Made by a program: the position numbers and the translations under genes. The notes below the pieces were generated by a model. That model worked only from the letters and a program-made list of their open reading frames with translations, searched no databases and was not told the origin of the DNA. This document shows, piece by piece, positions 26,290-35,800 of a DNA stretch of 64,000 nucleotides. How positions within the stretch are numbered: position 1 is the first letter of the stretch; each line of letters opens with the position of its first letter. Location: positions 62,001 through 126,000 of the IMG/VR virus record IMGVR_UViG_3300027708_000012; one strand, written 5' to 3'.

Positions 26290-26871
26290 TTATGCGTAGG
26301 TGACTCGTAAGGCTACTTGATCAACATAGGCAATGTCTCTATGTGGATATATTTGATTACTTTTAAAACTAATTACAATGCCAAATGTAGGATCAGTAAC
26401 ATCAGTATTAGATAATGTAGTTCCCCATAAATTATTTGATCCGCCGTAGATATTATAATCTCCTATGGGATCTACAGGTTCTTTTAAATCATTTATATAC
26501 ATACTGCTTTGTACAGGATTAATAGAACTAGCTAGATTATCTCCAATTAATTCGCCGTTTAAGGTTAACTGTATCAGTAAGTCTTCGATACGAGCAGCAC
26601 GTTGTATGTTTAATTGAAATTCTATTCCAGTTAATGTGTTAGCATTTACAGGTATGTTAAAATCAGTTAACCATATCTGACTTGTGTTACTAAGAAACGT
26701 TTCCATCCACAACCCACTAATAGTATAAAGTGGTTGTTTGCTAACAGCATATAAACCTGTGCCAGTAATATAGTTTAAGTCTTTCCAATCAATACTAGGT
26801 ATGCCTGTTATTTCATTAGGAATAGTTACTTGGTTAATTGTATTAGGAAGTAAGAAAGCTGTAGTGGTCAT
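26290..26871 (-). CDS. Hypothetical (probable structural, beta-rich) protein
   Basis: 193-aa ORF whose ATG lies 4 nt after a TAAATA promoter core. Confidence 0.6.
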   Translation of the reverse strand: MTTTAFLLPNTINQVTIPNEITGIPSIDWKDLNYITGTGLYAVSKQPLYTISGLWMETFLSNTSQIWLTDFNIPVNANTLTGIEFQLNIQRAARIEDLLIQLTLNGELIGDNLASSINPVQSSMYINDLKEPVDPIGDYNIYGGSNNLWGTTLSNTDVTDPTFGIVISFKSNQIYPHRDIAYVDQVALRVTYA

Positions 26872-26884
26872 AATGTATTTACAT

Positions 26885-26910
26885 AAAAAAAGGGCTCCGA
26901 AGAGCCCTTT
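26885..26910 (-). terminator. Rho-independent terminator after the major capsid gene
   Basis: AAAGGGCTC-TTCG-GAGCCCTTTTTTT: a C(UUCG)G tetraloop hairpin plus U-tract, typical of T4-like phages. Confidence 0.92.
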
Positions 26911-26936
26911 GATTTATTACAAACCCTAGGTTTGAA

Positions 26937-28112
26937 TTAGCTAAACTTAACGTTACCGCTATTGATAGCAACTAGACCTAAGTAGTCAGCTGCGTTACCT
27001 AGAGAAGAAGCTGTGTTAGACAACTCAACATAACCATAACGTGTCATGAATGAAACGACTGGTTCGAATGTTGATGGATCCAATACAACACCACTGCTCA
27101 TCAATGGGATATATGGGCAATAGAAAGCAGGAGCATCGCTCTCGCTTGAGCCTTTGTATCCAATTAGGATAGGTGCTGTGTCATATGCATAGCTGTTAAC
27201 ATAAATCTTCATTGCGCCATTCAATGTACCAACAAACTTGGTGTTTGTAGGTGCTTCGAATGTACCTTCTGTTGTACGAGCAAATGCGCTAGTAGTAGCA
27301 GATTGTAGAATTGTTAAAGCAAATGGTGATACAACAGCGTAGTTACCTGCACCACGACGTGTACGTTGAGCGATCAAGTTGCTTACGCGATTGATCTGAA
27401 CAGCTAAAGCGGCATGCTCATCACCAACGAATGTAGCTGTACCGCTAACGGCAGCTTGGTCATAAGTTTGTGTAGCTGTACCAGCTAATGAAGTCAACGA
27501 AGCGATAATTTCTTGGTCGATTTCAGCTGTAATTTCTTGTGCCAAAGCAGCCATAACTTCTGCTTCAACGTCAATACCTTGTTGGGCTTGTGCGTCTTGA
27601 GCAGCCTCGAATGTCCAACGTGCAGACAATTTACGAGTTTTAGCTTCAACTGTTTGTTTCAAGATTTGAATGCTCATTCTGTTACCAGCTTGACCTTCTA
27701 AAGAAGCTGTAGTAGCTGCTTTAGCAGTGCCATCGTTCTGGTTGCCAGAGTAAGCACTAGCAATCTTGAATGGGCTTAATGCCTCTTCACCAGCTAGCAC
27801 ATTAGCGCCGCTTGATGAGTCTGCATAACGCACACGCAATGTGTGGATTTGACCGACAGGGCCAGTCATTGGCTGTACGCCGACCAACTCGTTAGCAATA
27901 ACGGTTGGCATAACACGACGGATTACTGGAAGAATCACGCGGTTTAAAGTTGCAACGTTACCAGCAGAAGTAGCACCAGCAGTTGGAGATTCCATCAAAT
28001 ACTTGCGAGTATTTTCTAGAGTTACACCCATTACTGATTTTTTAGTGCCTTGTAAGCCTTCTAATAGGGCTTCTTTTGTTTCTGCCCAACGTCCATTAAG
28101 TAGTTCTGACAT
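26937..28112 (-). CDS. gp23: Major capsid protein (T4 gp23-like)
   Basis: VIRRVMP..IANELVGVQPMTGPVGQI, VEAKTRKLSARWT.EAAQD, EITAEIDQEII, FYCPYIPL, F.TRYG. AAGGAG SD. Confidence 0.96.
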   Translation of the reverse strand: MSELLNGRWAETKEALLEGLQGTKKSVMGVTLENTRKYLMESPTAGATSAGNVATLNRVILPVIRRVMPTVIANELVGVQPMTGPVGQIHTLRVRYADSSSGANVLAGEEALSPFKIASAYSGNQNDGTAKAATTASLEGQAGNRMSIQILKQTVEAKTRKLSARWTFEAAQDAQAQQGIDVEAEVMAALAQEITAEIDQEIIASLTSLAGTATQTYDQAAVSGTATFVGDEHAALAVQINRVSNLIAQRTRRGAGNYAVVSPFALTILQSATTSAFARTTEGTFEAPTNTKFVGTLNGAMKIYVNSYAYDTAPILIGYKGSSESDAPAFYCPYIPLMSSGVVLDPSTFEPVVSFMTRYGYVELSNTASSLGNAADYLGLVAINSGNVKFS

Positions 28113-28123
28113 TTAAATTCTCC

Positions 28124-29218
28124 TTAAATTTTAAGTCCGGCGAGCTTACGAATATCAATAATGTTATCGACTGCCTCGCTGCTACGGTTGGTGTTGGAAA
28201 TCTTATTTCCATAAATTTCTTTAGCCTCTACTAGTGCCTGTTTCTTCTGCGGAGCCTTACCATTAATTACTGACGGCAAGTACTTTTCAAAACTTTCGTT
28301 TAGACGTTCTGTTTTCACAGTCTCCATTAGCTCTCCCATAATTGCACGTTGCTCACTGTTAAGTGGAGCAAGTAGTTCACTCATGATTGCTTTTCTTTCT
28401 TGGCTCTCTTTAAGAGCACGGATTTCAGCTTGTTTACTTTCTAAAATTTGTTCAGCTTTAACAACAGCTTCCGCTGCTTCTTTCATTGCCAAATCTTTCA
28501 AGTCTATGACCTTGAGTAATTTTGCTGTTTCCGATTTTTCATTTAGGTAGCTTGCAGAATATTCTTGAGCAAAAGCTTCGAATAATTTACGGCCAAAATC
28601 TTGTCTACGAGCTGCTTCGATGTCTTCTTTCAATGATGTAATTTCAGAACGTAAGTTCTTGCTTACAACACCTTCAACCATCTTAGCTGCACGAGTAACG
28701 AAATCTTGTTTTACCTTCTTGATTTCTTGACGACCTTCGCGAACTAAACGTACTTTAGTTTCTGCTAAGTCTTGTTTGTCTTTAAAGAACTCTGTAATTT
28801 CTTGAGCAAGAGCTTCAACTACAAATTGTTCCAATTTTCCGAACTTACTAGCCATTGCCATTTGATCTTCGTGTAGTTCACGTACTTCAGAAGCTAACTG
28901 ACGAGTAACAAATTCACTCATTACTTTAGCTGTCTTTTTACGTTCTTGAACTAGCTTAACTTTCATTTCAGCTAGTTGACGACGATCGTCTGCAAATTCA
29001 ACAATCTCAGCAGATAATTGTTCAGAGATCATACGATCTACTGCTTCAATCATTGTGTTCTTGTCGTGTTCGTATTTTTGTGCGAATTCTTCGCGTAGTT
29101 GTTGAGTCAGAACCTGACGACTCTCGCTAATGCGAGCTTCGAAGGCCTGTTCAATTGACTCTTTAATCTCTTCAGAAATCACATTGTTTTCAAATAAACT
29201 TTTTAGCGCATCCAACAT
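28124..29218 (-). CDS. gp22: Prohead core scaffold protein (gp22-like)
   Basis: Glu/Lys-rich coiled-coil protein located between the protease and capsid genes; GRKLFEAF..E motif. Confidence 0.8.
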   Translation of the reverse strand: MLDALKSLFENNVISEEIKESIEQAFEARISESRQVLTQQLREEFAQKYEHDKNTMIEAVDRMISEQLSAEIVEFADDRRQLAEMKVKLVQERKKTAKVMSEFVTRQLASEVRELHEDQMAMASKFGKLEQFVVEALAQEITEFFKDKQDLAETKVRLVREGRQEIKKVKQDFVTRAAKMVEGVVSKNLRSEITSLKEDIEAARRQDFGRKLFEAFAQEYSASYLNEKSETAKLLKVIDLKDLAMKEAAEAVVKAEQILESKQAEIRALKESQERKAIMSELLAPLNSEQRAIMGELMETVKTERLNESFEKYLPSVINGKAPQKKQALVEAKEIYGNKISNTNRSSEAVDNIIDIRKLAGLKI

Positions 29219-29231
29219 ATGATTCTCCTTG

Positions 29232-29867
29232 TTATTGGAGTTTGCTTATTATTGATAATAAGCTCTCTTTGAGATATTTCTGTGCCTTAGGATCGCCTTT
29301 AACCTCTTGCGCTATGCGCAAGCTACTTAATCCTCCTCGACTATTCATCAAGTGTTCATAAATTGGTGTTGGGTACGCTCCCGGCGCACTAGGTTGAGCT
29401 ACCATATCTACTGTGATAATCTCAAAATCTGATACTTCGCCAGTGCCGTCGTCCTTGACGTTACCGGATCCGCGACTTGAAACACCTAACTTGACGCCGC
29501 TTTCCAGCATTGTCTTGATAAGTTGTCCCATAGGTGTTGGAAGTATTTTCAACTTCCCGTAACCATTAGGACCGTCCATCCACATATTTGTTATCATGTG
29601 GCTTACGCGGTCCAGGTTAATTTTTAGATCATCTGGATGATCCACTTCTCCGAGAACTGAATAACCGTTCTGAATCTGATCGTTAAGGGTCTTAACAGCC
29701 TTGCCAATCTCATTAACAGGGTAAACACGCTGGTTAGCGTTACGTATACCGCCCTGGATGCAAATCCCGGACATGTATAAGTTTTTCCCATCTTTGTCAT
29801 CAGATTCAACGATCATTTTTGCTTCGTTGAAACTGAGATTCTCTCGGAGGTATAACATATTTTTCAA
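29232..29867 (-). CDS. gp21: Prohead protease (gp21-like); start may be the ATG at 29858
   Basis: GICIQGGIRNANQRVYP, GEVDHP, GVSSRGSG, ITVDMVAQPSAPGAYP. Confidence 0.93.
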   Translation of the reverse strand: MKNMLYLRENLSFNEAKMIVESDDKDGKNLYMSGICIQGGIRNANQRVYPVNEIGKAVKTLNDQIQNGYSVLGEVDHPDDLKINLDRVSHMITNMWMDGPNGYGKLKILPTPMGQLIKTMLESGVKLGVSSRGSGNVKDDGTGEVSDFEIITVDMVAQPSAPGAYPTPIYEHLMNSRGGLSSLRIAQEVKGDPKAQKYLKESLLSIISKLQ

Positions 29868-29879
29868 TGTCTCTATCTA

Positions 29880-30764
29880 TTAACGAATCTTTCCGCCGAT
29901 AAGACTTTTCTTATCAACATTACTTTCGCCTTTGCCTTTCTTCTCAGCACCGTGGCCTGGTTCTTGCTTTTTAAAGCTAGTTTTACCAGCATTGGCTTTT
30001 ACGCTGTTCTGAACATCACCAATTAATGGCTTTGTTGTTGGAGCTGCTAAACCACCTTGTGTGCCGCCTTTTTCTGTTGAAAAACTTTGTGCAATGTTCT
30101 TTGCAGAACCGCCCATGTCGTTCTTCATGTTGTCAATTGTTGACTTAGTATTTTGTCCGTTGTCACCATGGCTAACAGATACTTTCTTGTAGTATTCCAT
30201 AACTGGCATATGTGAACCTTCGTCATCCATGCCCATTTCCATGTCATCATCGCCGCCCATACCTGCATCATGGATAGCATCCATGTCATGGCCGCCTTCT
30301 TCGCCTTCTTGTGACAATAGTTGTTCAAATTCTGCTTTTAGGTCTTCTAATGCATCTTCTAGATCCATTACACGGTCTTCCATGTCACCGCCTTCTGCGT
30401 CGTCTTCGCCGCCGAATTCGTCGTCTTCACCGTCATCTTCACCATCATCTTCTGGCTCTTCTTCATCGTCTTCACCGCCAAAGGGATTATCCTCGCTGTC
30501 GTCATCACCTTCTTCGTCAGCGCCTTCTTCTTCCATGTCTTCTTCCACATCTTCTTCAGCACCTTCTTCTTCCATGCTTTCTGATTGAGTATGGCCACCG
30601 GCTGCGCGGTTAGCTTCTTCTGGGCTGAAATCTTCAGCTAGAAGTTCTTCATAAATTTCACGTGATTTTCCAACAACGATGTTGTGAAAAATTTCTTTTG
30701 CTGCGTCTTGATCTTCATTGATCAAAGCTTCAAGCATAGCTTCAAATTGAGCGCGGTCAGTCAT
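29880..30764 (-). CDS. Highly acidic prohead core protein (gp67/gp68-like position)
   Basis: Long Asp/Glu tract. Start moved to MTDRAQ (30764), which follows AGGAG; GTAAATA promoter at about 30808-30814. Confidence 0.65.
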   Translation of the reverse strand: MTDRAQFEAMLEALINEDQDAAKEIFHNIVVGKSREIYEELLAEDFSPEEANRAAGGHTQSESMEEEGAEEDVEEDMEEEGADEEGDDDSEDNPFGGEDDEEEPEDDGEDDGEDDEFGGEDDAEGGDMEDRVMDLEDALEDLKAEFEQLLSQEGEEGGHDMDAIHDAGMGGDDDMEMGMDDEGSHMPVMEYYKKVSVSHGDNGQNTKSTIDNMKNDMGGSAKNIAQSFSTEKGGTQGGLAAPTTKPLIGDVQNSVKANAGKTSFKKQEPGHGAEKKGKGESNVDKKSLIGGKIR

Positions 30765-30846
30765 GTTTATTCTCCTGTGGTATGATTGTTGATACAAGGC
30801 TGTATTATATTTACACTATTGTTAAAAAATAGTGTACTTATATAGC

Positions 30847-30872
30847 AAAAACAGTCGTTTTTGACTATTTTT
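30847..30872 (-). terminator. Possible rho-independent terminator
   Basis: AAAAATAGTC-AAAAAC-GACTGTTTTT on the - strand just after the 30877 stop. Confidence 0.45.
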
Positions 30873-30876
30873 ATAA

Positions 30877-31116
30877 TTATGCGGGCGGGGCCGGCGGAGT
30901 TGCATACATTGAATGTATGAAATCTAATTCGTTTTCTTGTTCTAGAATATGTGCTTCAGTACTTTTACGTAGTTCATTAATTTGTTTTAATGTTAATCTA
31001 GTTTTGCGTGTATCGTCTCTGTGCAAAACAGAATCGTCACGTTTAGGCTCGTAGCGTAAATCATTAGCCACGTGCCTAGTTTCAGGATCAATATAAAACA
31101 ATTCTCTTAATATCAT
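30877..31116 (-). CDS. Small head-module protein (~79 aa)
   Basis: Likely start MILRELF (31116), 4 nt after CATAAATA. DTRKTRLTLKQINELRK motif. Lies between the portal and core genes. Confidence 0.65.
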   Translation of the reverse strand: MILRELFYIDPETRHVANDLRYEPKRDDSVLHRDDTRKTRLTLKQINELRKSTEAHILEQENELDFIHSMYATPPAPPA

Positions 31117-31123
31117 CTTGTAT

Positions 31124-32845
31124 TTATGCTGGAGGTGCTGTAGGAGTTCCTGCTGGAGGTGCGCCTGGCGCGGTATCGGCACTTTCTTCTGGTTGCATAT
31201 CTTCTGGTGCTGTTAAGTCTCCGGCGGCATCTAAATCACCTTCAATACCACTTGAACTCAAGCCTGCACTACGTAATTCACCAGCAGCATCTGTAGTAGT
31301 TGGTTGTCCTTGACCGTTTTCTTCTGCCCAATAGCGTTCGTTTTCTGCTACTTCTTCGTCTGTTAGTCCTAAGAAACGTTTGAGGGCAAAGCGTTTACTC
31401 ATGAAAGGAACCGCTTGAATAGTGTTAAAAGTATTAATACGCTCTGCATCAATGGCTGCTTGACGTGAACTTGCAAAGTTCATTGGAGGATTGAAGTTTA
31501 ATTCAAACAAACTTGAATCAATATTCAAACCCTTGCCATGCATATACATTTTGAATTCTTCGTCAAACACTGTTGTTAATAAACTTTGTAGTCTTTCACA
31601 GTATTTGTTAAAGCGTAATTCTTGAATGTAAGCTGTACCTACTCGTCCATCATTGAAATTGCTTTGTGAATCATCTGCACCTGTAGGCAAATAGCTACTA
31701 GGAATACGCAATCCACGGAATAACTTGTTAGTAAAATATTTCAAGTCGTCAATTTCACCAATATTCTTACCGCCTTCTAGCATTGTGACGTCTGATCCTT
31801 TGCCGTCTGCTGTTTTAGGGAAGAAATAATCTTCGTTAATGCTTAGAGGGTTGTATGCAGAGTCTATGACATTCTGTCCGCCTCCTGTTTGTGACGGAAT
31901 ACGGCGCTGATGAATTTCGTTTTTAACACGTTCTACAAATGCCATAGCCAAGTGACTAGGCATATTACCCACATCAATGTGGAATACTCTGCGCTCTGGA
32001 GCACGTTGTATACGATAAATTAGAATAGCATCTTCTAATAATTCTTTTTGTTTGTACACTTTGTAGATATTTTCTAACAAACTATTACCAAACGGATAGT
32101 TGTTATCTAGTCCTTCGCTTAGACTTAAATGTACAATATGCTCAAAATCAATAGCGTGTTCAGTTTGTTGTAGACCAAATCTGTTGCTTGAACTACCCGT
32201 TGAACCTTTACTTCCAGAGCCACTACCGCTGTATCCGCCTACTGGTTGTGGTCCTGACCCTGCACCTTGTTGAGGCTTAATAGTTGGTGTAATCTGTGTT
32301 GCAACTAAATTTACAAAGTTTGGCGCAAGGTCTTTAATTATAAATTGTTCAGGTTTTTTGCCTTCGCTTTCGTTGACAATAACTTTAATTAAGTTGCTTG
32401 GATCAATATAATTCCATTTTTGATTTTCAGGATCTCGAATAAAAAAACTATCGCCATATTTGAATGTGTTACGCACAATACGGAATATTTTTGTATCAAA
32501 TTTTTGTAAAGTGTTCCATTGTTGCAGGTACTCTCCGAGAATTTTAATCTCAGAATTAGTTGCCTTTTGACGCCATTTGATAGCAAATGGGTTCTTACTA
32601 TCTTTTAATTTTTGTGTACAAAACTCAGCTAAAATATCCAAAGCCGCGTTAACTTCTGGATCGCTGTCCATAACTTCGTATTGCTGATAACGTTCAATAC
32701 GATTTGGGCTTCCTGTATATACATCTGGAAGATAGCTACTATAATTAGTACGAGCAGGTCCTGGACGATTACCGCTGCTTTGGCCGCTAATAGTACTTAA
32801 CTGTCCACTGACTTCCACAGGGCTGAAATATTTTTTCCATGTCAT
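31124..32845 (-). CDS. gp20: Portal vertex protein (gp20-like)
   Basis: MDSDPEVNAALD, LLEDAILIYRIQRAPERRVFHIDVGNMP, EDYFFP, DDLKYF..KLFRGLRIPSS, ELRFNKYCERLQ. Confidence 0.95.
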   Translation of the reverse strand: MTWKKYFSPVEVSGQLSTISGQSSGNRPGPARTNYSSYLPDVYTGSPNRIERYQQYEVMDSDPEVNAALDILAEFCTQKLKDSKNPFAIKWRQKATNSEIKILGEYLQQWNTLQKFDTKIFRIVRNTFKYGDSFFIRDPENQKWNYIDPSNLIKVIVNESEGKKPEQFIIKDLAPNFVNLVATQITPTIKPQQGAGSGPQPVGGYSGSGSGSKGSTGSSSNRFGLQQTEHAIDFEHIVHLSLSEGLDNNYPFGNSLLENIYKVYKQKELLEDAILIYRIQRAPERRVFHIDVGNMPSHLAMAFVERVKNEIHQRRIPSQTGGGQNVIDSAYNPLSINEDYFFPKTADGKGSDVTMLEGGKNIGEIDDLKYFTNKLFRGLRIPSSYLPTGADDSQSNFNDGRVGTAYIQELRFNKYCERLQSLLTTVFDEEFKMYMHGKGLNIDSSLFELNFNPPMNFASSRQAAIDAERINTFNTIQAVPFMSKRFALKRFLGLTDEEVAENERYWAEENGQGQPTTTDAAGELRSAGLSSSGIEGDLDAAGDLTAPEDMQPEESADTAPGAPPAGTPTAPPA

Positions 32846-32857
32846 TGTGACTTATCC

Positions 32858-35800
32858 TTAAAATGCTCTACCAGTTGATTTTGCCGCTGTCTTTGCTGTT
32901 TTGCTACTAGCATCGGCTGTAGTGGCACTGTGATTAATTAATTCTACCATATGTCTATTTAACATGATTAGCTGGTCGTTCAAATCTTTTAAGGTAGCCT
33001 CAGCTGTTTTTGCTTTGGGTGCTTCTTTAGGTGCTTCTTTAGGTGCTTCTTTAGTTGCCGCAGCTTTTGCTTGTTCTGATTCTCCAGGTTTACCTGTTGT
33101 TTTTGTTTCTTCTTTCTTAGCGGCCGCTTCGGTAGTTTTAGGAGCACTAGCAGTTGCAGCAGGTTTTGGTGCACCTGTTGTTTTTGTTTCTTCTTTCTTT
33201 GCGGCCGCTTCAGTAGTTTTAGGAGCACTAGCAGTTGCAGCAGGTTTTGGTGCACCTTCTGTTTTATTTTTTGCTGTGAGTTTGGCAAATTCTTCATCAC
33301 TTACTTTGTTAACAATTTTAGGATTAAACATATCGCCAAGCATGCCACCTTTGCCACCGATAATATCTCCAAAACTTCCAGTTAATTTGTTAGCTTGCTC
33401 GGTGACATATCCTACATCTCCTGATTTTTTTCCTTTAGTCAAATCTCCTACCTTACCTGCTATGTCTGCACTTTTAGGAATCATTCCACCAAGCATTTTA
33501 TTCATCTGTGATTTTGCAGATTCTGCTTGAGCAATAACTGCTTTAGCTTCTGGACTATTAGGATCTACAATTTTTCCGTTAATTTTTACGGTTGTATTTG
33601 CATTTTCAAGTGCGTCTGCCTGTGCTGTTTTTGTAACTTCTGATATTTTTGCAACTGTTTCTTCTTGCATACTTACTTGTTCGTTAGCTGCTTGTTGCTT
33701 TAATTCTTTTTCTCTTGTAGCACTATATTCGTTAAGATTCTCCATGACATCTTGCATTTCTCTTTTAGATGCCGCTTGCTTTTCAAACATTGCTTTATTA
33801 AGTGTTTCGTTTTCAATTGCAGCAAGTTCTTCGGTAGTTGCTTGACGATCACCAATTTCTGCTTTCATTTTAATAATTCGTTCACCGATCATCTGTGCTG
33901 TTTCAGCATCTTCTTTGGCTCCTTTTTCCATAGCTTTTGCATGGAACGATCTGTTTTCTTCACTGTATCCTTTATAGTCGTCAATTATTTTTTGCTGACT
34001 TTCTGTAAATTGTGAATGATATTGTTCTTGGGCTTTTCCTGCAACTGTTGCAGATTCTATACTTTTTAATCCCATATCTTCAGATACTTTTCGCGCAGCT
34101 TCCGATGCCGATATCTTAATTGTTGAAGATGCTTGCTCGTTGTCTGTTATTTTTTTCAAATTATTTGCGCTGTCATTGGAAAAACTTTGTATATTATCGT
34201 TCATATCTATATAAAAGTCATCCATACTTGCACTAATAGGCAATATTGCAGCTATAGCATCATCACTAAGACCTTTAACATTGTATCCTACAACGCTTCT
34301 TGCAAGCTCAGCGGCTTTAAATATTTCATCTTTCTTAGCTGCCTGATCAGCTAATTCAGCAGAAGTTTTTTTCTTAGTGTCTCCAAAGAAATTATCTTCA
34401 TCTTTTGTTTTTGATTTAAACGCTTCTAATTGTTTTGCATTTCCAGAAAATGATATTTTAGTTTGTTCTTCTACTACTTTTTTAGTTTCTTCAATTGCAG
34501 AAGCTTTTTTAGTAGTTTCCCAACTAATGCCAGCTTCAATTTGTTTTTGTAAAGGCTCCATTATAGCCTTATATTTGTCACCTATTGCTTTACCTTCGTC
34601 TCCAGTCCGCATTTCATAAGAAACTTTACTTCCACCTAACTTGCTACCGTCACCCATTTGAGCTTTTAATTTTTCTCTAAGAGCAGCTCGCTCAGCTTGC
34701 ATCTGTTCTCGAACAGCTGCCAATTCTTTTTCAGCAGCTTTGCTACTGTCATTTTGTACTTGTTTGGTTTCAGTTGAGCCGCCACCTGACATGCTACTAA
34801 TAGAAGTGGATACTGATTTGCTAATTTCAGAAAAATTTACTCCTCCTGGAGCTTTACTTCCAGCACTTAGTTGTTTGCCCATAGCTTTAGTAGCATCAGG
34901 ATTTAATACAGTTTCACCTTTGTGTATTTTGACAATAGCATCTTCAGGTTCTACAGCACTTCCAGTTTCTGCTAGTGTTCCGCCTGCACGTTTTTTAGTT
35001 GGCTCGTAGTCTTTAGGCAAACTACTAGCACCGCCTGTAGTTTTAGTAGGACCTTCTTTTCCTCCCGAAACTATTTCGTTTAAACCTTTAGCAATTTTTG
35101 AAGGAGCTTTTTCAGCTTGCTCCATTGTAGTAGCACCGCCAGAAACTTTCTTCATAGCTGCGTTCATAGCATCTATATAAGCAGGCGTGGTAGCTAATTT
35201 TTTGTTTACATCTTCAAAATTATGAGAAAGGCCTCCGGCTGCTATTGCAGCTGCTTTGTTCATTGCATTTAAATCTTGAGCAACTTTTTGTCCTTCGTCT
35301 GCTTCAGGCGTTGCTTTTGCTTTGCCGTTTTCATCTACTTTCAAACCAGCTTGAGTAGCTTGCACAGCTTCTCGTTGATCTTTAATTGCTTTTACATAGT
35401 CGCCGCCGTTTTTGTTTGCTTCACTTTGTACACTCATCATGGCTTTATTGCCCATGACAAGATTAGCCGCAGCTTGTTGTTGTTCTGCTGTTCCGCTCTT
35501 GACTAACCGTTTAAATTCTTCATCAGCCATACGACGTTGAACAGCCGCTTGTGCTTCATCCATTTGAGCTTGCGCTACTTTTTTCTGCTCGTCAGTTTTG
35601 GCATTCAACATAAGTTCAGTAGCTGCTTGATATTTGTTAGCTGCTTCTGGTCCCATCGCCTGCAACATGGCCAAACCTTCTTTAGTTTGCACTCCACCTG
35701 TGGCAATTTCTGTTGTCAGGCTCATAAATCCAGGGCCTAGTTTTTGCACTTGCTGTTGGACTTTTTCGTAATTTTCTCGTTGCTTTTCGTCCATTTGCAT

